Shown one piece after another: positions 25,290-32,000 of a DNA stretch of 32,000 nucleotides (position 1 is its first letter; the number at the start of each line of letters is the position of its first letter). The notes beneath the pieces were generated by a model. It saw nothing but the letters and a program-made list of their open reading frames with translations, searched no databases and had not been told where the DNA came from. This DNA is from Coprobacillaceae bacterium (GTDB lineage: Bacteria; Bacillota_I; Bacilli_A; Erysipelotrichales; Coprobacillaceae). Position numbers and translations under genes: made by a program. The DNA lies in assembly GCA_963675915.1 (NCBI GenBank), contig OY780959.1:1800001-1832000 (forward strand), given 5' to 3'.

Positions 25290-26210
25290 TTAGTTTAAAA
25301 ACAATTCCACTTTTTGAGCGACTTCCTCCACCGTAATGTTGAAATCCGCAAAATTCACATCAAACCAATTGACAGCCAGCTGATTGTTGAACCAGGTGTA
25401 TTGCCGTTTGGCATAGTTGCGACTATGTTTTTTTATCAATTCGCCTGCTTCTTCCAAAGACATCTCTTTGGCAAAGTAGGCAAACAATTCCTTGTATCCG
25501 ATTGCCTGCATCGACTGCAATTTGGGGTTCAGGTATTTTTCTTCCAAATTTTCCATTTCCGCCACCAGACCGGAATCAATCATACGGTCGACTCTTTTAT
25601 CGATATTGGCATACAGGACATCGCGCGGACAGGTTAGTCCAACGAGGTAGGCATCATAGAGCATCTTATGCTCCTGCTTTTTCAAGGTCTCGCTCTTGGT
25701 TTTCCCAGTCGTTTCAAAGATTTCAATCGCCCTAAGCACCCGTTGCCGGTTGTTGGGGTGGAGATCTTTTGCCGTTTCCGGATCAATCTTTTCCAGTAAC
25801 TGGTGGAGTCCGATATTGTCAAAATCCTGATATTTCCTTTTCGTTGCCTCATGGTCACCTTGCCCCTCATCAAATTGGTAATCATAAAGAGCCCCTTTGA
25901 TGTACAGACCGGTACCACCGACAATGATAGGAACCTTGTTTTTCGCTGTGATTTCCCCGATCAAACGCCGGGCATCATCCTGAAAATCTTTGACTGAATA
26001 TGTTTCATCCGGATCTTTGATATCGATCAGGTGATGGAGCACGCCATCCATTTCGGATTTGGTGACTTTGGCAGTTCCGATATCAAGATGACGATATATC
26101 TGCATCGAATCACCGGAGATGACTTCTCCATTAAAACGCTTGGCAAGTTCGACTCCCATTTTGGTTTTGCCCACGCTGGTGGGACCGACTATTACTATAA
26201 CTTTTTCCAT
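25290..26210 (-). CDS. miaA: tRNA dimethylallyltransferase
   Basis: 306 aa. P-loop GPTSVGKT, then SGDSMQIYRHLDIGTAK and the YAKRQYTWF motif. Confidence 0.93.
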   Translation of the reverse strand: MEKVIVIVGPTSVGKTKMGVELAKRFNGEVISGDSMQIYRHLDIGTAKVTKSEMDGVLHHLIDIKDPDETYSVKDFQDDARRLIGEITAKNKVPIIVGGTGLYIKGALYDYQFDEGQGDHEATKRKYQDFDNIGLHQLLEKIDPETAKDLHPNNRQRVLRAIEIFETTGKTKSETLKKQEHKMLYDAYLVGLTCPRDVLYANIDKRVDRMIDSGLVAEMENLEEKYLNPKLQSMQAIGYKELFAYFAKEMSLEEAGELIKKHSRNYAKRQYTWFNNQLAVNWFDVNFADFNITVEEVAQKVELFLN

Positions 26211-28033
26211 CAGACAACCCTCTTGAATAATTTTTCCAATTCATATTCGGTGTAGTAAATAATCACCGGACGCCCATGAGGGCAGACATAGGGATTATCA
26301 CAACGCATCAAATCATTGACCAACCCTTGCATCCCTTCCTTGGTAAGGTAGGTATTGGCTTTCAACGACGCCTTGCAGGCCAATGTTGCTATGGCATGAT
26401 CCTGCATCTTGATGACATCGATATGCTGGTCCGATAAAACCCGGTCAAACATTTCCTCAATGAAAATTGTCGCATCGGTGTTTTTCATCCAGACCGGAAG
26501 GGCTCTGACCACAAAGGTTTGACCGGAAAATTCTTCGAGATTGACCCCGATTTCAGCCAGTTTATCCTTATTAGCGGCAATTTTGACAAAATCACTTTTG
26601 GGAAGATCGAATGTCAATGGCACCAACATGTCCATCATGTCCATATTTTTGTTTTCATACTGACTGATGAAAAATTCGTAATTGATTCGTTCTTTAGCCG
26701 CGTGCTGGTCAATCAAAAACATCCCCGTTTCATCCTGAGCCACGATATAAGTACCCAAAACCTGGCCTTGAACATCGAGATATTTTTTGATTGGGCGTTC
26801 TTTGACCGGTGGAACAATTTCCTTTTCCGGCTCGATCACCCGAACATCTTTTTGAATCTCTTCAGAAGCGGTTTCCGGTTCCGGGATTATGATTTCCGGT
26901 TCCACCGTATATTCACTTTGGCTAGATGCAACAATGTTTGACTGCGGTTGAGGCTGATAGTTCAAATCAAGCTGCAATTGTTCGTTCTCCACCGGTTTGA
27001 ATTTCGGCTTTTCGATTTTACGGTCGACATTGGTAGCCTGATAAGTGATATCTGTTTTTTTCAAGGCATTTGAGACACCTTCACTAATTATTTCCCGCAG
27101 TTTTTCTTCTTTGGAGAATTTCACCTCCAGCTTGGCCGGATGGACATTCACATCGACAAGATAGGGATCAACCTCGATATTCAAAATCGCAATCGGGTAT
27201 CGTTTTTCAAACAGATATTGACGGTAGACCTCATCAATTGCATTGATGCTGATTTTATTTTTAACAACTCGGTTATTCACCAGGGTGATGATATTGTTTT
27301 TATTGGAACGATTGACGTCGAGACTGGAAACATAGCCATGGATTGAAAATTCCTCATCACCAAAATTCACCTCGATCATATTACGGGCTACATTGACCCC
27401 GTACATATTGGCGATTATCTCCAAGAGATTTCCATTTCCATTCGAAAGAAAAATCTGTTTGTCGTTGTGGATTAGGGAAAAAGATATTCCCGGCTTGGTC
27501 AGTGACAGACGTTCAATATACTGGAGGATATGCGAAAACTCGGCATTGACCGATTTCACAAATTTCAAACGGGCCGGAACATTATTGAACAAATTGGCAA
27601 CTGTAATCGTTGTTCCCCGACTCCGATCGATTTGGGCAACTTCGCTTTTTTTACCATAATGATAGTTGACCCTGGTATGTTCAACCCCATCGCTTGTTTC
27701 CAGCGTAAAATCCGAAATCGCCGCTATCGAAGGAATCGCCTCGCCTCTGAATCCCAAAGTAGAGATGTTGAAGAGGTCCTGATATTCATTGATTTTGCTG
27801 GTGGCATGGGTCGAGAAACAAAGCAAGGCATCTTCTTGATCCATTCCGATTCCATCATCTTTGATTTGAATCATTTCCAAACCACCATCTTTGATAGCGA
27901 TATCGATCCTAGTCGCCTTGGCATCAATACTGTTTTCAACCAGTTCCTTAACCACGTTAGCCGGGCGTTCGATAACCTCACCAGCCGCTATTTTATTGAT
28001 CAGCACCTGATCAAGCTGCTTTATTCTTGCCAT
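26210..28033 (-). CDS. mutL: DNA mismatch repair protein MutL (endonuclease-type)
   Basis: 607 aa. GHKL N-terminus (IAAGEVIERPANVVKELVENSIDA), endonuclease motif DQHAAKERINYE, and CPHGRP. Its stop overlaps the miaA start. Confidence 0.95.
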   Translation of the reverse strand: MARIKQLDQVLINKIAAGEVIERPANVVKELVENSIDAKATRIDIAIKDGGLEMIQIKDDGIGMDQEDALLCFSTHATSKINEYQDLFNISTLGFRGEAIPSIAAISDFTLETSDGVEHTRVNYHYGKKSEVAQIDRSRGTTITVANLFNNVPARLKFVKSVNAEFSHILQYIERLSLTKPGISFSLIHNDKQIFLSNGNGNLLEIIANMYGVNVARNMIEVNFGDEEFSIHGYVSSLDVNRSNKNNIITLVNNRVVKNKISINAIDEVYRQYLFEKRYPIAILNIEVDPYLVDVNVHPAKLEVKFSKEEKLREIISEGVSNALKKTDITYQATNVDRKIEKPKFKPVENEQLQLDLNYQPQPQSNIVASSQSEYTVEPEIIIPEPETASEEIQKDVRVIEPEKEIVPPVKERPIKKYLDVQGQVLGTYIVAQDETGMFLIDQHAAKERINYEFFISQYENKNMDMMDMLVPLTFDLPKSDFVKIAANKDKLAEIGVNLEEFSGQTFVVRALPVWMKNTDATIFIEEMFDRVLSDQHIDVIKMQDHAIATLACKASLKANTYLTKEGMQGLVNDLMRCDNPYVCPHGRPVIIYYTEYELEKLFKRVV

Positions 28034-28046
28034 GATTTCCTCCTTT

Positions 28047-30548
28047 TCATGTTAATAGATTCTTCAGTTCACTTAAAGTCGACCAGGCCTCGCGAGGCGA
28101 AAGGTCGTCAATATCTATTTTTGCGAGCATTTTTTCAACTTCGCTTTCCGCTTTGACAATTTTCACAGTCTGATTAGCGAGTTTGTGCTCAATATTATTT
28201 TCCTCGAGACTTTCAAGCAGAACATTTGCCCGGGAAATAACTTTTGCCGGCAGATTGGCCAGTTTAGCCACATTGATACCATATGATTTATTCGAACGGC
28301 CTTCTTTGATCCGGTATTCGAATTTGATGGCATCCCCATCGATATTCGCTCCGGCATGGACATTTTTAACTCCGACTCCCGTTTCCTGCAGGAAAGTAAG
28401 TTCGTGATAATGGGTCGAGAAGAATGTGACGCAGTTGATTTCATTGCCGATATATTCCAGCATCGCCTGGGCAATCGCCATTCCGTCAAACGTCGCTGTT
28501 CCCCGGCCGATTTCATCGAAGATTATCAGTGATTTCCCGGTTGCGAATCTAAGCGCGTTGTTGGCTTCGACCATTTCAACCATGAAAGTCGATTGACCGG
28601 AAAGAAGATCGTCACTAGCCCCAATTCGCGTAAAGATCTGGTCGAATACTGGCAGGATCGCCTTTTGGGCCGGAACGAAAGAACCAATCTGGGCCATTAT
28701 CGCCAGAAATGCTCCTTGGCGCATATAGGTCGATTTCCCGCCCATGTTCGGTCCGGTTATCATCAGAATCGGTTTTTCGGGATCAATCATGATATCATTT
28801 TCGATATATTCACCTTTTTTCATCACTTTTTCCATAACACCGTGGCGTCCGGCTACAACCTCAACCCGGTTTTCAGGGGTAAACTGCGGACAGACATAAC
28901 GCGATGTTGAAGCAATATTGGAGAAAGCCAGGAATACATCAGCCTGAGCAATGATTTTTGCGACATCCTGGATCAGATGGACATCTTCCAGCAATTTCTT
29001 GCGGATTGCCACAAAGATTTCATATTCCAGTTTGACACTGCGTTCGCTCGATGAAAGAATTTTAGCTTCCATATCCTTAAGCTCCGGTGTGATGAAGCGT
29101 TCAGCATTGGCCAATGATTGCTTTCTGGTGAACTCGAATTCGTCTTTGACCAGGCCAAGATTTGATTTGGTAATCTCAATATAATAACCAAAAACCCGGT
29201 TATAGCCGATTTTGAGACGATCGATTCCGGTTTCACTTTTCAAGCGGTTTTCATAATCAATCAGCCACTGGCTGCCATTGTTCTTGAGATTTCTCAGTTC
29301 ATCAAGTTCGCTATTGTAACCGTCCTTGATAATTCCACCCTCCTTGATCTGCAGCGGTGGATCAAGCATGATTGAATCGTCAATCATTTTGGTGATATGA
29401 CTCAGATCAACCAGGCGATTAGCCAGATTATTGATCAGCGGTTCGTTGAAAAGACCCAAAGTCGCTTTGAGTTCCGGGACCACTTTCAGTGATTTTGAAA
29501 TCCATATCAGATCACGGGCATTGAGATTTCCCAGCGCAACCTTAGAAGCTAGCCGCTCAAGGTCGTAGATATCCTTCAACAGATCGTTAAGACTGGCTCT
29601 GATCATGAAATTGTCATTGAACGTCGCAACAATTTTCAAACGTCGCTCAATCATTTCCCGATTCACCAACGGTCTTTCGATAAAGGTCTTGAGCAAGCGT
29701 GAGCCCATCGCCGTATGGGTCTTATCCAAAAGCCAGAACAGTGATCCGTACTTTTGATGGTCATTGTTGTTGCGGACCAGTTCAAGGGCATCTCGGGTAT
29801 AGCTGTCCATCATCAGATAGTCTTCGTTTTTGATTTCTTCGACAATTTGAAGATGCTCAAGTTCCCTTTTTTGCGAATAAAGCAGGTAATTGGTCAGCAG
29901 CGAACATACCTGGATCTGTTTTAAATCAGTGATGTTTTCCAGATTCTTACGGTATTTATCATGGACATTGCCGTCATCAAATCGGGATACCATGATATTG
30001 CCGAACTCTCTTTGGCAAGATGTCTCAACAACAATCTCCTTGATTCCCATCGTATCAAGTTGCGCCTTAAGCAAATGTTCACTCTTTTCAAGAGTGATTG
30101 TCTTGAATTCCCCGGTGGTTATATCACAAAAAGCGAGCACATAGTTAAAATCGAATTCTTTGAAACATCCGATATAGTTATTGCTCGAAGTGATGTTTTC
30201 ATCAAAAATTGTTCCGGGAGTGACAATCTGGACAACTCCCCGCTCTACTATTTTTGATTTTCCCGGTTCGCTCAACTGTTCAGCTATCGCAACCTTGAAT
30301 CCCAGATCCACCAGTTTTTGAATGTATTGGCTCGCCGAATGGAAGGGTACTCCGCACATGGGAACCCGTTCCTTCACTCCGGCATTTTTACCTGTCAATG
30401 TCAGATTAAGCGCCTTTGATACCTCGAGGGCATCGTCGAAGAACATTTCATAGAAATCCCCCAACCGGAACATCAAGACCATATCCTGGTGTTCATTTTT
30501 GATGTCGAGATATTGACGCATCATCGGACTATATTTTTCTTTCATCAT
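28047..30548 (-). CDS. mutS: DNA mismatch repair protein MutS
   Basis: 833 aa. Mismatch-binding N-terminus (PMMRQYLDIKNEHQDMVLMFRLGDFYEMFFDDA), Walker A GPNMGGKSTYMRQ, and STHYHEL. Confidence 0.95.
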   Translation of the reverse strand: MMKEKYSPMMRQYLDIKNEHQDMVLMFRLGDFYEMFFDDALEVSKALNLTLTGKNAGVKERVPMCGVPFHSASQYIQKLVDLGFKVAIAEQLSEPGKSKIVERGVVQIVTPGTIFDENITSSNNYIGCFKEFDFNYVLAFCDITTGEFKTITLEKSEHLLKAQLDTMGIKEIVVETSCQREFGNIMVSRFDDGNVHDKYRKNLENITDLKQIQVCSLLTNYLLYSQKRELEHLQIVEEIKNEDYLMMDSYTRDALELVRNNNDHQKYGSLFWLLDKTHTAMGSRLLKTFIERPLVNREMIERRLKIVATFNDNFMIRASLNDLLKDIYDLERLASKVALGNLNARDLIWISKSLKVVPELKATLGLFNEPLINNLANRLVDLSHITKMIDDSIMLDPPLQIKEGGIIKDGYNSELDELRNLKNNGSQWLIDYENRLKSETGIDRLKIGYNRVFGYYIEITKSNLGLVKDEFEFTRKQSLANAERFITPELKDMEAKILSSSERSVKLEYEIFVAIRKKLLEDVHLIQDVAKIIAQADVFLAFSNIASTSRYVCPQFTPENRVEVVAGRHGVMEKVMKKGEYIENDIMIDPEKPILMITGPNMGGKSTYMRQGAFLAIMAQIGSFVPAQKAILPVFDQIFTRIGASDDLLSGQSTFMVEMVEANNALRFATGKSLIIFDEIGRGTATFDGMAIAQAMLEYIGNEINCVTFFSTHYHELTFLQETGVGVKNVHAGANIDGDAIKFEYRIKEGRSNKSYGINVAKLANLPAKVISRANVLLESLEENNIEHKLANQTVKIVKAESEVEKMLAKIDIDDLSPREAWSTLSELKNLLT

Positions 30549-30568
30549 ATCACTCCCTAAATAAAGTC

Positions 30569-30597
30569 ATTATAACATAAAATTTCAGGATTGGTAT
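30569..30597 (-). promoter_or_regulatory. Probable mutS promoter with an extended -10
   Basis: The minus strand reads TGtTATAAT (-10 at 30574-30569) with a weak -35, ATACCA. Confidence 0.4.
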
Positions 30598-30621
30598 AGG
30601 CCCCGCCAAGTTCATTTTTTA

Positions 30622-30650
30622 TTGCATTGAATTTCCGATAATGTTAGAAT
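30622..30650 (+). promoter_or_regulatory. Promoter of the PucR-family regulator gene
   Basis: TTGCAT (30622-30627), 17 nt, then TGtTAGAAT (-10 at 30645-30650). This places the transcription start downstream of the track ATG at 30641. Confidence 0.55.
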
Positions 30651-30670
30651 TTTTAAAAGAGGTGATTATA

Positions 30671-31903
30671 TTGCATATTACTTTGAAAGACGTCTTGGAG
30701 TTCGAGACGTTCAAAGACGCAAAAGTTTTAACCAGTACTGACAACCTTGACCGCCCGGTCGGATTCAATTATATAATCGACAGTTTCCCAAATCTGAGCG
30801 AAACCGTCAAGTGGTTGCGCGACGACGTTTTGGTGTTTGTTCTAGGCCACTCCATTCTGGACCAGACTGACAGACTGATTGAAATTTTGAACATGCTTGA
30901 AGGAATCAAGATACCCGGCGTCGTCGTTTATGTCGACAAATACATTAAATCGATTCCAGAAAGTGTAATCAGAGCCTATGATGAAAAAAACATGCCTTTG
31001 GTCGCTTTGCCATGGAAGGTCAAATACCTGGACGTTTCCAATGAGATATTTTCGACAATCGCCCTGAACCAGCTTCACGAAAAAGAGCAATCGGATATTC
31101 TCTATCAAGTCCTTTTTGACTCAACCTTCGATCAAGTTGACATCCTGGCCCGACTGGAACCGCTGAGTTTCAACACTGAAGTACGTCACTGCATCATGCT
31201 CGGGGACATCGTGCAATTCAAGAAATACATTTCTGCCAACCACTTAAGCGAACAGGATATTTCCAAACTCAAGGATGACTTTCACAACCTGCTTTATACT
31301 CAGCTTAACAACCTGGGATTCAACTTCATATCCATGTCGCACAACGACAATACGATAACCTTGCTCGAAGAAGACGAAGCCAACAAAATCCTGGGGACCG
31401 ACTTCGAAGTAACCCTGAATACCAAATTGAAAAAAATGTACCCGGGAATCGAATGCACCTTGGGAATCGGTTCGAGTGTCAACAACATCAACGAACTGGC
31501 CAATTCATACCGCCAGGGGAAAAATGTCATCAACGCCAAAAGAAGCGGTTTGGTACCAGATACAACTATTTTGTACAACGAACTGGGAATATTCCAGATT
31601 CTTTATGCAACCGACATCGATACCTTGATGCATTTATATCCCAACAAAATCAAACCAATCATCGAATATGACGAATCTCATAACAGCAACTTGTTGGAAA
31701 CCTTGGAAATCTATCTTGACAACAAGAACTCCCTGACAACTGCTGCGAAGATCCTCTATGTTCATAAAAACACTATTCTTTATCGAATTGACAAAATCAA
31801 CACCTTGATTGACCTTAATTCAATTGATACCTTTACACTTTTATTTGAGATAAAAGTATACAAGTACCTTCATTCCAAACAAAAGAATAACAACCAAAAG
31901 TAG
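30671..31903 (+). CDS. PucR/CdaR-family transcriptional regulator
   Basis: The C-terminal PucR HTH is LTTAAKILYVHKNTILYRIDKINTLIDLN. The N-terminus (M)HITLKDVLEF is typical of the family. The TTG start at 30671 follows AAGAGGTGA by 5 nt. The alternative start is ATG 30641. Confidence 0.8.
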   Translation: MHITLKDVLEFETFKDAKVLTSTDNLDRPVGFNYIIDSFPNLSETVKWLRDDVLVFVLGHSILDQTDRLIEILNMLEGIKIPGVVVYVDKYIKSIPESVIRAYDEKNMPLVALPWKVKYLDVSNEIFSTIALNQLHEKEQSDILYQVLFDSTFDQVDILARLEPLSFNTEVRHCIMLGDIVQFKKYISANHLSEQDISKLKDDFHNLLYTQLNNLGFNFISMSHNDNTITLLEEDEANKILGTDFEVTLNTKLKKMYPGIECTLGIGSSVNNINELANSYRQGKNVINAKRSGLVPDTTILYNELGIFQILYATDIDTLMHLYPNKIKPIIEYDESHNSNLLETLEIYLDNKNSLTTAAKILYVHKNTILYRIDKINTLIDLNSIDTFTLLFEIKVYKYLHSKQKNNNQK

Positions 31904-31924
31904 CAACTGGCTACTTTTTTTATT
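31899..31924 (+). terminator. Intrinsic terminator of the PucR-family gene
   Basis: agtagc-aactg-gctact followed by T7; it overlaps the stop codon. Confidence 0.65.
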
Positions 31925-31976
31925 GCTTCCATTTATTTTGAACATATGTTAAAATAACCTCATCTTGGAGGTAATT

Positions 31977-32000
31977 ATGCAAGAAGAATGTAAAAAATGC
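31977..32000 (+). CDS. Start of an unidentified CDS (8 codons, MQEECKKC...), truncated by the window edge
   Basis: GGAGGT lies 6 nt upstream of the ATG. Too short to identify. Confidence 0.35.

Noticed and set aside
27530-28156. 208-aa plus-strand ORF, along with other long antisense ORFs (3144-3725, 6285-6689, 24427-24786, 26519-26941).
   Set aside because: Each lies opposite a confidently identified gene (mutL/mutS, the response regulator, glcT, rarA). These are typical shadow ORFs in AT-rich third-position frames.

Overview
This is a chromosomal, mostly housekeeping window from a low-GC Gram-positive-type genome that uses the standard genetic code. The 16S/23S signatures look Bacillota/Mollicutes-related, but I cannot place it further by eye. 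Most genes and both rRNA operons are on the minus strand.

Gene content, left to right:
- feoB (5' part runs off the left edge) and feoA.
- An operon of two small SHOCT membrane proteins, an OmpR-type response regulator and a short-loop histidine kinase.
- An HhH-GPD alkylation glycosylase.
- A frameshifted HD-domain gene.
- A ~0.5 kb AT-rich ORF-free island.
- A glucose-type PTS operon (ptsG EIICB, an RDD membrane protein, EIIA, a GlcT-like antiterminator) behind a clear RAT/terminator leader.
- Two near-identical 16S-23S-5S operons in tandem (5355 bp repeat, offset 6452 bp). They flank one oppositely oriented Gfo/Idh/MocA oxidoreductase gene.
- An M32 carboxypeptidase, dtd, rarA, a PAP2 phosphatase, miaA-mutL-mutS, a PucR-family regulator, and the first 8 codons of another gene.

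I see no CRISPR array, transposase/integrase, phage gene, tRNA or recognisable defence system.

The candidates for something undescribed are modest:
- The SHOCT pair coupled to the two-component system.
- The RDD protein embedded in a PTS operon whose antiterminator sits at the distal end of its own regulated transcript.
- The ORF-free AT-rich island with two plus-strand terminators.
- A conserved ~125 bp tail copied with each rRNA operon.

All coordinates for promoters, terminators and rRNA ends were read by eye and may be off by a few nt.
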